From IMG/VR virus record IMGVR_UViG_3300025133_000048, positions 32,390 through 96,389 of that record: a stretch of DNA of 64,000 nucleotides. The stretch is one strand, 5' to 3'. Positions 11,009 to 21,485 of this stretch are shown here, one piece after another (positions within the stretch are counted from its first letter, which is position 1; each line of letters opens with the position of its first letter). The position numbers and the translations under genes are program-made. This stretch comes from a virus. Under the pieces are notes generated by a model. That model made no database searches. It was not told the DNA's origin and was given only the letters and a program-made list of their open reading frames with translations.

Positions 11009-14000
11009 ATGCCAATTAATTTGGATTTAGTGGGACTGAATACACTTGTCAATGAGCCAATCACTTCATCAACGAATACGATAGGTTACCAACCGCACGA
11101 ACATATCGTTCGCCGCGCATTAGCAAATAAGTATGTAGACGATGGAGGTTCTGCCTCAGATTACTACATAGCCAGTAAAGAAACTGGTTTTAGCGGATAT
11201 ACAACGACTGGTCCATTGTCAATTACATTTTGGGCAAAAATAGATTTAGACGAATCAGTGCGAAGCGAGCACAATTCACATGTATTATTGGCAACTGATG
11301 GGGCCAATAATTCATTAGCAATTGTCTTCCACCACACAGCACAAGACAGTGGCAATTATACTGGTGGTAAGATTATTTTTAGTGTTCTAGAAGGCTCAAA
11401 TGTAAATCAATTTTATTGGACCTCACTTAGCACTTCTTGGAGTATACTGGGTTCACTAAACCACTTTGCTTTAGTTTGGGATGGGGACAAAGATTCAAAT
11501 CCTGTTCTCTATATTAACGGTGAACAAACTGTTGATTCACAATTTCTATTTTCGGTATCTAATAGAAATATGACTACAAGCACGAGAAACAACATCGATC
11601 TATTGCGAGTTGGCGGGTCGGCCCAAGATGAAAATAATTTGCATGGCTCCATGTCTGAATTGGTTTTATGGAAGAAGCAACTTTCTTCTGCCGAAGCTAG
11701 ATCGTTCTATAGAGAGCGAAGATTTGTTGACTACTCAATTTATTCATCCGATATTATAGACTATTGGAAGTTAGGCGAAGATCTAGCGAGTACTTTTAAA
11801 ATCGGAGACTCTGTTGCATTGAGTACCACAATTAGTTCCGCGATATCAAACAATGATCTAACAACATCTGCCAACACAACAGTGGCCAAAGGTCTTGTCT
11901 TTGATTCTATTGTTAATTTGAATGTTGGAATTATAAATGCAGATGATTATCTGGTAGCACTCAACATACATCGAAATGGGTTGTATGGCTATCCCATATT
12001 CAAGCAGATAAGAGCAGGGCAAAATCCTCTTACAAGGTATCATAACAACAACTCTATCTTTTCGTATGTTTCGGAAGTTGGAGAGATCAAACAGAAATTT
12101 AATGGTTCTCAATTGATTCAAACCTATAGAGAAAAACGAGGAAGCTTATATCAAATAACCGAATCTGTTGTCATTTCTTCAAATAAGCCAATCATGCTCG
12201 TAGGATCCGTACAAAGAGGTGATGATGATAATGGAGAATTGGACAGAGTAGAGATTCTAACATCTTTCAATAATGAAAACCAATACTTTGCAAATGAACA
12301 GGCCAACAGACATCATGGCATCATTTACGATGTAGTAGAAGGATACGATGAGCTAAGCGACATTTATTTAGATGGTGGATTAGACGGAGACAATTCTCCT
12401 TTAGATCAATTTGAATTGTTGAAATATTCACAAACAATTTATCCAAAAGCCGGAAACAGTTATCTGAACGAAGTAAGGGGTCGCCCTAACTTTGAATCTG
12501 GCTATTGGAGAGATCTCCGAACCAATAGAAATGAAACAGGGGCAATAGATAACGGCTTTGGCTTTACAATTCCATCACAATCTGTGTGGGTATTAGACAC
12601 AGAAGATAATTGGGCTGCAAGAACCCTATCTGCCTCTGTTGGTTCATTTACAGCATCAATTGGATGCGATTTTGATTTTAACACATCCTCGGGTTCTGCC
12701 GGTGGTTTCGAGTTCGGAGCAGCAGAGATCTCTTTCTTTGCTTATGATGCCGATGGTAATGATCCCGGTGTTATTTCGGATTACACCACAGCACAAGTTG
12801 GTGACATCGTCGGTTATAGAATAACTGCCGAGAAGTATTCATTGAACTCGGTTGATGGTACCGCAAGATTCTGGAATGCATGGTCTAATGCAATGGATGC
12901 TGGTAACTTTAGAGTTGATCCATATACTGCGAATTACATCACAAGATCTGCATACACATCGACTGGCAATGATGATTCTGATCCGTTTTACCTACAAGTC
13001 AATTCATCTACATTTAATGAAGCAACTTGGAAATCAGAATTTGATAATCTTTATCTTCACTTTTGGGCAAAGGACATTTCTTCAACAACAGAAGGGTATC
13101 TTTATCGTGAAGTGGACTCAACACAAATCAACAGAAGATCAGTGTATTTCAGTGGCTCTACAATAGAGGTATTACATTCCACCGTATTTAATAATCAATT
13201 TGAAGATGGAGCAACATCTATTCACACCGGCTCAACGAAAGCACTTGGTGCCGTAGCCATATCACATGATTTAGATGCAGAGTCCACCTCTAGGGGTCAA
13301 GAGTGGAATAACCACATAATAAAGTTATCTAGTAACTCTGGATCTATAAGTCAAACAAGTGATATAAACTTTAAATTGAATGGCAATTTGAGATTTAGTC
13401 CGAACTGGAGTGCGACTTCTATAAGCGACACACTAAACTTTTACACTGCCAACAAGACCGCAACAACTTTATTTACAAGTACAACAGCACAAGGCAAAAA
13501 CACCAATGATAGTTTCACCAACGGATCGGGACCGTACAATCTTTCTATGGGATCAGCAGATAGGCTTATAACATTTTTTCTCAAAGTAATCGGAACCACA
13601 ACCCAAACTATTTTCAAGTTCTATACCAACTCTAACAATTTCATATTTGGTCAAATTAGTGGAACAACCTTGACAATCTCTATTTTTAGCACTTCTAGCG
13701 GATCGCTCAAAACTAGAGTCTATACATATGATGTTTCCGATCATATAGGAACTCTCACCAAATACATAATTTTTGATGAGACCGCTGCAGGACAGTATGT
13801 CCCATTGAAGCTTTATGCCTACACCACCAGCGGACTGGTTGAAATAGCAGGCAGCGAAGCTTACTCAGACCCTCTTCCTAGAGCCGCTCTTGCTACCACT
13901 TTTCAACAATACAGCTTGTATTCAATTGATTCCGATTCGTACGGAGGAGGGCAAATCCTAGCAGATTTCGCAATTATAACGGGCTCCGCCTTTACAGAAG

Positions 14001-17000
14001 CACATCTCAATTTATTGGCAAATTCTGGTTCGACAATAGACCTTACAAGTTCTTATTGGACAGGCCCAGATCCTGTCGCATGGTGGAGATTAGGCAATGG
14101 ATCCAGCGATCCAGCAAACTATGATGGAAATGATGGTTCAAAAGATATTTTGCATGATTATGCTGGGTATGCTGGTGGTCCTTATCACATTACGGCATCA
14201 GTCGGTTTTACCACCACTGCTAATACAGGCCCTCCAAGAAACCTCACAGACCGCATCGGTTATCACACATCTTCTGTATCCGAAGTATTTGTTATGTGTG
14301 CGACCTCAAGCACCAACAATGTAGCAACAGATTACTTTAAGAACGGAAACATCGCAGAATTAGCACTGTTTTCTGGCTCAACAAGCTTCAATAGTTCTGA
14401 ATTAGCAGTGTCTCCAAAGTATTGTTATGTGGATCTCACAAGCTCAGCAGTGACAGGACAAACAGCATCGCTGTGGTATGCTTTCAGTGGTTCTTCAGAT
14501 TTCTTCGCAGCAACAAGCAGTGTTGTCGCAAACATAGGAACAGGACTATCAGCAACCTATACACTGTCATCATCTTATGCCAGTACTTCTCCCTCGGGAT
14601 CCAAGACACAAGGCTTGGTCACTGGTGGTTCCGCCGTATTTACATTCAAAGCCAACCAACCGCTACAAGGACAAGGAACCAATCAGGCCCTACCCGGAAG
14701 CGGTATACTAAACTTTGTTTCTTCTGCTGTTGCTGGTGATGCTTTATCTGATACATTTTTCTTAGGAGCGACCTACAATGCTTCCGGAAGTCCCGGAATA
14801 CTTCAAAATTCCTATAATTCATTCAATGCCGAAGTGCTTGACACTACTTTAAACTTGGATGATCAGCTCTATGCCGCACCTTCATATACTCGGAGACATT
14901 CGTTGAAGATTTCAAGTTCATTTGGAAATCCATTTGGAATCAACCCACAGATAGGTGCCACAAGAAACCTTTTAGAATTTGAATTATTCCAAGGAACCGC
15001 TTTTTGGGATGTCCCGACACAATCAGGTAGAAATCCGTTTTATGATTCTTATGATGCTTATGCTGAAAACATTAGGCTTTTTGCAAAAGACCATACGGTG
15101 GTACCGGAATTTAAGATCTCAAATCATATAGATAGATATTTGAATTCCGGAGATACTGATTTTGGCGCCAACGATCTCCCGCTTCTGGAAATCACCGGCG
15201 GTAAATCTGGTGCCTCTAATTCCGATGAAGCAGAATTCTTCGAGGTTTATTCAACTACGGACTTTTTGAAGAACTTTGAAATCATACAAGACGATCATAA
15301 GGGTTTTGTCGACCCATTGGCACTTACACTTAAGTGCAAAGCGGTCAAGAAGCTGCTACCTTATGAAGGCTTTTATCCGGCACAGAGAACAGTTGATATC
15401 GCAAAACAGTTTTACGATTCATACGGACAACACTTAAACTTCAGCTCTTCCTTTGCCGACGGCACAGGTGCCGACTATGCAACACAGTTCCTTCTTCAAC
15501 CTCTATTTTCTCCCGGAATCTTGTTCAATTCAATCAAATCTGGGATAGCATGTGATTATCCAATGATGACAGGATCATTCACCACTTCATCAATAGAGCT
15601 AGATGGTAACACCACCGGATCTTATTACATCAATGAACAATTCCACAGAAGAGTGCCATTTGAAGCCCTCCTAGAACCAGAAAAACACCTAGCCAATTTT
15701 ACCATGGGGTCGCAAGAACCAGATCCTAGGGGTTCTGTTGACGCCACTGTTAATTGGAGCGGCCAAGGCGATCAGAAATACAGATTAATGATTTCAAACT
15801 TTTTATCTGAGGTCGGAGGTTTCTTTTTAGAAAATGAAAATTATACAACAATAGCCTCGCTCCCACAAGCCGATCCAAACTTCGGAAATGCAGAAGCAGG
15901 GAAGGCATACATGATGAGAATATCACTATACCGATCCACACAAGGGCCCAAAGATGTTTGGACAACAGATCCAGCAAAATCTTATTATTCACCATCACCA
16001 TCAGATCGGTTCGGTCTACCGCAAGACACAGGAAGCATAAACGAAACCATCACAATGTATTCTAGGCCAAGCGGATTTGGCCCACCACAAAGACTCCATC
16101 TGTCCGGTGCATCGGGCATTAACCTCTCCGTTAAATTCAATAACTGGTCTGCATTTAAGAAAGATGGATCAATAGACACATTTTATACTAGAAATGATTC
16201 TGTGACAATAGAAGTTCATAGTGACCCAACCACACCAGCGAATGGCTCAACATTTGAGGACCTGCAAGTAGATTCAGACGGCCATTACCTAATGGGTAAC
16301 GATGCCTCGCAAGGTTACAATTATCCATTTACACCTGCTTATTATCATGGCGAAGGCTGGGCAGATATCATTTTTAAACCAGCAACAACAAAAAAATACA
16401 GCCTTGAAGAAATTATAAACTCGAGTTCGGTGGAATTTCTAAGGTTTTATGAACCAGTATTATCTGCATCTGAGGCCGGAACCTTCACCAGTCAGAGACT
16501 TGTTAACGAAGATGCTATGCAATTGGCCTCTTCTATGAATATATTTTCTAAAGGTATTTTGTCTCAAGATTTCAAAAGCGACAATCCAGCAGATTCCTAT
16601 CGCTGGATTATACAATCAAAGTTTGAATCGCCCGTTCTTAATTTTAATAAATATAGCTATACCGGCTCAACAAACAATTTTACTCTTCCAAACATAGCCC
16701 CAGAGACAACCCCCGTTGGAATGTGGCATCAGTATGGAGAAATCCCATCTCAACAAGAGGGAGTTTTCTTGCGAGTGACAGATGTCCCGAATCAGTGGAT
16801 TCAGAACTCAATGGGTGGAAATTCATCTTTAACATCCTCATTGGCAGACCTCTGTGGCTTCTCTGCCGATCCTGTTAGAGTTGGAGAGATCAAATCAACT
16901 AAAACCGTAAAAGAAGCAGTTATTGCCATTCCGTTTATTGAAAAAGACGGACAGAGAGAATTTTTTAAGATTCCAAAAACAGATATAGAAAATGCCTTAT

Positions 17001-17686
17001 CTGAAAACAATAAATTATTAGTCGGCGAAACAGTTAGAGAAATGGTAAAAAACATGCAAGAGTTTGTTTTGCCCCACTCCATGGACTTCATCAGAAACAA
17101 AGACATTGATCCGTTTGCTATGTACATTTTTTCATTCGAACATACATTGACAAAGCAAGATCTGGCAAATATTTGGCAAAATGTGTCTCCGAACATTGCT
17201 GTGACAAATGAAGAAACAGCCGCTACAATTTCTCATGAGCTTCTTTACCACGAGCTGTTGGGCTCTGGCGCACAGCTTAAAGTGGGTGTCAACAAAGAAC
17301 AGGAGCTTGACAGAAAAGCTAGACAGAAGGAATTAAACTCTCAAGTTCGCTGGATTGTATTTAAGGCCAAGAAAAGAGCATCAGTCAATTATTTTGAAAA
17401 AATTTATGAAAGAAATGAGTCAAATATTGGAAAAGGTTCAAAATCAACTGTGGACTCTACCGGTGCAAAATCAAACGCACAGTACAACTGGCCTTACGAT
17501 TTCTTTTCTTTGGTAGAACTAATTAAGATTGATGCGGAAGTTGATTTTGCACAGCCTGATGAACAAGCACCAGAAGCAGGAATAGTGGCAAAACCAATTG
17601 TCAAGACTCCTGATAGAAAAGTAAAAATCACAGGAAACAAGAAGAACCGAAAGCGAACAATAAAAATTAAAGGCAACAAACGATGA
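11009..17686 (+). CDS. Very large virion protein (2225 aa) with several LamG-like insertions
   Basis: SITFWAK, NHFALVWDG, LYINGE, MSELVLWK, DYWKLGE, VAWWRLGNG, GNIAELALF; Ser/Thr-rich; C-terminal YNWPYDFFSLVEL. Confidence 0.65.
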   Translation: MPINLDLVGLNTLVNEPITSSTNTIGYQPHEHIVRRALANKYVDDGGSASDYYIASKETGFSGYTTTGPLSITFWAKIDLDESVRSEHNSHVLLATDGANNSLAIVFHHTAQDSGNYTGGKIIFSVLEGSNVNQFYWTSLSTSWSILGSLNHFALVWDGDKDSNPVLYINGEQTVDSQFLFSVSNRNMTTSTRNNIDLLRVGGSAQDENNLHGSMSELVLWKKQLSSAEARSFYRERRFVDYSIYSSDIIDYWKLGEDLASTFKIGDSVALSTTISSAISNNDLTTSANTTVAKGLVFDSIVNLNVGIINADDYLVALNIHRNGLYGYPIFKQIRAGQNPLTRYHNNNSIFSYVSEVGEIKQKFNGSQLIQTYREKRGSLYQITESVVISSNKPIMLVGSVQRGDDDNGELDRVEILTSFNNENQYFANEQANRHHGIIYDVVEGYDELSDIYLDGGLDGDNSPLDQFELLKYSQTIYPKAGNSYLNEVRGRPNFESGYWRDLRTNRNETGAIDNGFGFTIPSQSVWVLDTEDNWAARTLSASVGSFTASIGCDFDFNTSSGSAGGFEFGAAEISFFAYDADGNDPGVISDYTTAQVGDIVGYRITAEKYSLNSVDGTARFWNAWSNAMDAGNFRVDPYTANYITRSAYTSTGNDDSDPFYLQVNSSTFNEATWKSEFDNLYLHFWAKDISSTTEGYLYREVDSTQINRRSVYFSGSTIEVLHSTVFNNQFEDGATSIHTGSTKALGAVAISHDLDAESTSRGQEWNNHIIKLSSNSGSISQTSDINFKLNGNLRFSPNWSATSISDTLNFYTANKTATTLFTSTTAQGKNTNDSFTNGSGPYNLSMGSADRLITFFLKVIGTTTQTIFKFYTNSNNFIFGQISGTTLTISIFSTSSGSLKTRVYTYDVSDHIGTLTKYIIFDETAAGQYVPLKLYAYTTSGLVEIAGSEAYSDPLPRAALATTFQQYSLYSIDSDSYGGGQILADFAIITGSAFTEAHLNLLANSGSTIDLTSSYWTGPDPVAWWRLGNGSSDPANYDGNDGSKDILHDYAGYAGGPYHITASVGFTTTANTGPPRNLTDRIGYHTSSVSEVFVMCATSSTNNVATDYFKNGNIAELALFSGSTSFNSSELAVSPKYCYVDLTSSAVTGQTASLWYAFSGSSDFFAATSSVVANIGTGLSATYTLSSSYASTSPSGSKTQGLVTGGSAVFTFKANQPLQGQGTNQALPGSGILNFVSSAVAGDALSDTFFLGATYNASGSPGILQNSYNSFNAEVLDTTLNLDDQLYAAPSYTRRHSLKISSSFGNPFGINPQIGATRNLLEFELFQGTAFWDVPTQSGRNPFYDSYDAYAENIRLFAKDHTVVPEFKISNHIDRYLNSGDTDFGANDLPLLEITGGKSGASNSDEAEFFEVYSTTDFLKNFEIIQDDHKGFVDPLALTLKCKAVKKLLPYEGFYPAQRTVDIAKQFYDSYGQHLNFSSSFADGTGADYATQFLLQPLFSPGILFNSIKSGIACDYPMMTGSFTTSSIELDGNTTGSYYINEQFHRRVPFEALLEPEKHLANFTMGSQEPDPRGSVDATVNWSGQGDQKYRLMISNFLSEVGGFFLENENYTTIASLPQADPNFGNAEAGKAYMMRISLYRSTQGPKDVWTTDPAKSYYSPSPSDRFGLPQDTGSINETITMYSRPSGFGPPQRLHLSGASGINLSVKFNNWSAFKKDGSIDTFYTRNDSVTIEVHSDPTTPANGSTFEDLQVDSDGHYLMGNDASQGYNYPFTPAYYHGEGWADIIFKPATTKKYSLEEIINSSSVEFLRFYEPVLSASEAGTFTSQRLVNEDAMQLASSMNIFSKGILSQDFKSDNPADSYRWIIQSKFESPVLNFNKYSYTGSTNNFTLPNIAPETTPVGMWHQYGEIPSQQEGVFLRVTDVPNQWIQNSMGGNSSLTSSLADLCGFSADPVRVGEIKSTKTVKEAVIAIPFIEKDGQREFFKIPKTDIENALSENNKLLVGETVREMVKNMQEFVLPHSMDFIRNKDIDPFAMYIFSFEHTLTKQDLANIWQNVSPNIAVTNEETAATISHELLYHELLGSGAQLKVGVNKEQELDRKARQKELNSQVRWIVFKAKKRASVNYFEKIYERNESNIGKGSKSTVDSTGAKSNAQYNWPYDFFSLVELIKIDAEVDFAQPDEQAPEAGIVAKPIVKTPDRKVKITGNKKNRKRTIKIKGNKR

Positions 17687-18627
17687 GTTTTTTTGATAAA
17701 AAAGAAGATGTATTAGAAATTTCTCTCACACCACACGGAAGACATCTTTTATCAAAAGGAAAACTCTCGCCGGCCTATTATTCCTTTATTGATGATGATG
17801 TCCTATACGATGTATCAGCTGCTGGTGGGTCTGAGGACAACTATCAAGTAAAAGATAGAATATTACAAGATACACCGATACTTAAGCCACAAACAAACTT
17901 TGTGGATCTAGATGCAAAGACGAAAGACTTAAAAAATGATTTAGCTAGTGATGTAACCAAGTATAATTTATACACTCTGGGAACATCCAACAACATAGAG
18001 GATTATGCACCTTCTTGGGAAATAAGCCTTATTAGAAATGAAATCAGCTCATCAGCAACCACTCTTTCATCCAGCAATGGGATTCATAATATACCACAGA
18101 TAGATATTGACATAGAATTTACTATGTCTGTAGACAACATCAACCTAAGTCCAAATCCAAGAGGACTGGCACCATCACCAGAATTGCAAGTTGGAAGAGT
18201 CTTTCAAGACGGCACATATCTTAAAGTTGAACCCGATCAGGCACTATTTAGAATCTTAGAAAAGAATGGCTTTCTCCATGGTGAGAGCATGCAAATTGAA
18301 GCATTTAAATACGATACAACATCAAATCAAAATCTCATACCGCTTTCTTTTGTCAAAAGAGATAACCAAATAGTTAATGACATTTTGGTGGAGGAGCAAA
18401 CATCCTCTATAGAGGAGATTACTCCCAACAATGTTGAATACTTTTTTGACATTAGGGTTGACAAGGAGATACCCCTATCTGACATCTGTGAGGGTATAAA
18501 AGAATTAAAATCTAAAGGAATTTTCGGAGATTTTGAAGTAGAATGCCCAGATGCCGGCAGTAATGTTCGGACAAACATCTACTCATCTCCGATCACACCT
18601 GAAGATATAAAGGACTGTGACATATGA
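17683..18627 (+). CDS. Baseplate-region structural protein; N-terminus paralogous to 23392..24330
   Basis: LTPHGRHLLSKG..YYSFIDDDVLY versus LTDNGRKMLSRG..KFALGDEEINY. Confidence 0.55.
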   Translation: MSFFDKKEDVLEISLTPHGRHLLSKGKLSPAYYSFIDDDVLYDVSAAGGSEDNYQVKDRILQDTPILKPQTNFVDLDAKTKDLKNDLASDVTKYNLYTLGTSNNIEDYAPSWEISLIRNEISSSATTLSSSNGIHNIPQIDIDIEFTMSVDNINLSPNPRGLAPSPELQVGRVFQDGTYLKVEPDQALFRILEKNGFLHGESMQIEAFKYDTTSNQNLIPLSFVKRDNQIVNDILVEEQTSSIEEITPNNVEYFFDIRVDKEIPLSDICEGIKELKSKGIFGDFEVECPDAGSNVRTNIYSSPITPEDIKDCDI

Positions 18628-21485
18628 TTTCACCAGAAGTAGGACTTGAAACCTTACCTAATTGCTATATCAAGATGATAGAGATAGATAAGGAAACACC
18701 ATTTAGCGATAGGATTGATTGCACAATAATCTTGAAAGATTTGCAAGATTCTGATGGCGATTATTCTTGGTATAAGAACGATTATTTGTTTCCACACATG
18801 AAGATTCTTTCTGTTATCTCTGCCGATGATGCTTTAAATTCTGCCATAGACAGCGGACAAATACCATTCTCAATTGCGGAGATAAACAAACTAGGTCAAT
18901 CAGGTTTTTTTGAAACAAGACAAGAGTCTTTATCAAAATTCAAACAAATTATAACAAATGAACAAAATGTTGAAGAAGGGATGTTAAAGTCATTTAATTA
19001 CCCTGTTTCTTTTCAAGCTCAAGCAAGTTTTCAAAATTTGAAATTGTATGTGGCCGTTGTAGTTGACATACAGGAGTTCTCTTCTTTAAAAATGATTAAT
19101 CTTTCAAGTGATAGTCTGAAGGTTTATAGAGGACCGGTTTCTTCGGAGACAATCAAGCTTAATGGTAAACTTCAAAGTAAATCATCGCTCTTGAGAAAGC
19201 CTAGTGGAGAGATCTGGTCTGGCCCTGTACATGTACATGAAGGCCGATTGATGGAAGGTTCATTTCACACAAATGATCCACACGAATCCCTTCAGGAAGT
19301 AGTCGTCGAGAATCCAAAAATAAAAAACTATAAGCAAGAAAAGTTTCAAAGACTTTCCACAAACAGAATACAAAGAAACAATCCTATTTTTTCAGACTTA
19401 ATCACTTCTTATGGAGCTGAAGGCAATGTTTCTAACCTCTTCACAGTAAATATAAAGTCAGCAGTTCTAAGAAACAGCTTTTATGCCGATAAGATTGCCT
19501 CTTTAAATAAGTCTATTTTTGAATCTATGATAGATGAGGTGGAGGTATTAAATCTGACGGTCTCAAAACAAAAAATCAAAACCAGAAAATCACAAAACAA
19601 ACTAGGAACTTCTAAAAGAGTACCACAAACACAAATACAATTTAGAAGATTGATTACTTCTCGAGATAGACGCAAACTAGCATTTAGAAGCTTGCAAGAA
19701 GGCAATGTTTCTTTGGAAGAGATTATTATGAACTCTGATGTGTCCGAGAGAACATTTTCTTTTAACGAAGGCAACATCTATAAAGAAGCTTCTGAGAATA
19801 GATATAAAATAAATTTGGTTCTTAGTGACCCTTTTAAAGACTTTTTGGATGATCTTAATACATCATCGAAACAGGCTCTGAAGGATTTAAAGACTTATGT
19901 TTATAGAGCCAACATAAAATCACTAAATACAGAGGGCTCCTTTCTTTCACCTACTTTTGTTGAGCAAGAGATCTTGAGATATCCTAGGAAAGATACTGCT
20001 CCATGGAACAAAGCAACAGCAAACTATGTTTCTCTTGTTAGTACGCTAAGAAAAATTGAAAGCGATGAGATTGAACCATTAATACAGGAGTCAATCTTTT
20101 TGATTCACCCATCTTATTCTACAAAGAAGAGTGTTGATACTTTTTTAGCTAAATTTTCAAATGTCTATATGGAATTCATAAAGACCTATCGATTATCACA
20201 GAGATCTTATCTTGATACATCAAAAAGAGGCTCAGCTAAAAATGCTTTGAATCCAAAAATCGAATTATCAAAAACCTTTCAACAAATTGTATCTTATAGC
20301 GGCAGAGCCAAGTGCATACATTACCTACAAACCGAGAGTGAAAAATTTCCACTACTCGCAAAGGAAGACTTAGATAGAATCACCCAAGCACAAACGCAGA
20401 AGCACTTTAAAAACCAACCTTCCTTTGCTGGAACCGTTTTATCTGATCAATCCAAGGAATTGGTAGAAGCCTTTTCTGATTACAAAAACAATGTTATTTC
20501 TTACATTAACCCCATAACAATACAGGATAAGAAAGAGGTTACGCCGGTTGATGATTATAAGTCGATTGATCTAGATCGATTGAACAAAATAGTTGATGAG
20601 TTCGTCCCACCAGTCAGAACCGAAAGAGTTGAAAGGCCGACCCCTAAGCCCTCCAATCTGTCTTTTAAGGTTGCAAAAGACTCAAAGACATACTTGGCAG
20701 ATAAGAAGGAAAAGTTTAAGACTACCAAACAAAACTTAGGAGAAAACAGTCCGTTCAGGGATGCAACAGAGCAGTTTGAGGAAAAAAAGGCCCGAGTGGT
20801 TAATAATAAGATTAAAAAAGCATTTAAGAAAAGAGAAATTGAAAAACCTAGTAAGAAGAGCTTCTCTCTTAAGGAGCCAAAAGTTTCTCAAAAGCTTGAA
20901 AAGAATCTAAAACTCGTAAAAAGAATGCCAATTTCCCTAAAGTCAGTTTTTATTTCAGAATCTTCAAATGTAAAGAACAATTTTATAAAAAAGGGTGATT
21001 CTTTCATAGAGAATACAAAAACCTCAAATGCTTTTAGAGTAGCATTTCAATCTCCTGCTAAAGTTGAATTTCTATCCGGATATTCAAGAGATAAGAACGG
21101 AGACAAGATACTTATAAAGCCACAGTGGAAACTCTTAAATAAAGAAAATTTTGAAAACTTACAAGGACCAGTAATTTGCCGTCTATCTTATCATGAGCTT
21201 AAAGACCTAACAAATCCGTTAAATGAATTCTATATAGCAAACGATCAGTTCATTCTCAAAGATATCAATCAGCGAATCCAAAAGACACCGGTAGTTTTTG
21301 ATCTACCTTCTTCTCAAAGAGTTTCTTTGATAACACAAAGACTTATGGAAATAAAGATTGAATATGCAACAAGCAACATCATAAAACAATATCAAAACAA
21401 CATAAATCTCAGAAAGATAAACAAAGAACCAGAAAATCAGCAAAATGAGAGACAAACACAGACCATAGGAAGGTTATACCGATGA
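18624..21485 (+). CDS. Hypothetical protein (953 aa) with His-rich motif and basic C-terminal half
   Basis: Long ORF with ATGA overlaps at both ends; WSGPVHVHEGRLMEGSFHTNDPH motif. Confidence 0.55.
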   Translation: MISPEVGLETLPNCYIKMIEIDKETPFSDRIDCTIILKDLQDSDGDYSWYKNDYLFPHMKILSVISADDALNSAIDSGQIPFSIAEINKLGQSGFFETRQESLSKFKQIITNEQNVEEGMLKSFNYPVSFQAQASFQNLKLYVAVVVDIQEFSSLKMINLSSDSLKVYRGPVSSETIKLNGKLQSKSSLLRKPSGEIWSGPVHVHEGRLMEGSFHTNDPHESLQEVVVENPKIKNYKQEKFQRLSTNRIQRNNPIFSDLITSYGAEGNVSNLFTVNIKSAVLRNSFYADKIASLNKSIFESMIDEVEVLNLTVSKQKIKTRKSQNKLGTSKRVPQTQIQFRRLITSRDRRKLAFRSLQEGNVSLEEIIMNSDVSERTFSFNEGNIYKEASENRYKINLVLSDPFKDFLDDLNTSSKQALKDLKTYVYRANIKSLNTEGSFLSPTFVEQEILRYPRKDTAPWNKATANYVSLVSTLRKIESDEIEPLIQESIFLIHPSYSTKKSVDTFLAKFSNVYMEFIKTYRLSQRSYLDTSKRGSAKNALNPKIELSKTFQQIVSYSGRAKCIHYLQTESEKFPLLAKEDLDRITQAQTQKHFKNQPSFAGTVLSDQSKELVEAFSDYKNNVISYINPITIQDKKEVTPVDDYKSIDLDRLNKIVDEFVPPVRTERVERPTPKPSNLSFKVAKDSKTYLADKKEKFKTTKQNLGENSPFRDATEQFEEKKARVVNNKIKKAFKKREIEKPSKKSFSLKEPKVSQKLEKNLKLVKRMPISLKSVFISESSNVKNNFIKKGDSFIENTKTSNAFRVAFQSPAKVEFLSGYSRDKNGDKILIKPQWKLLNKENFENLQGPVICRLSYHELKDLTNPLNEFYIANDQFILKDINQRIQKTPVVFDLPSSQRVSLITQRLMEIKIEYATSNIIKQYQNNINLRKINKEPENQQNERQTQTIGRLYR

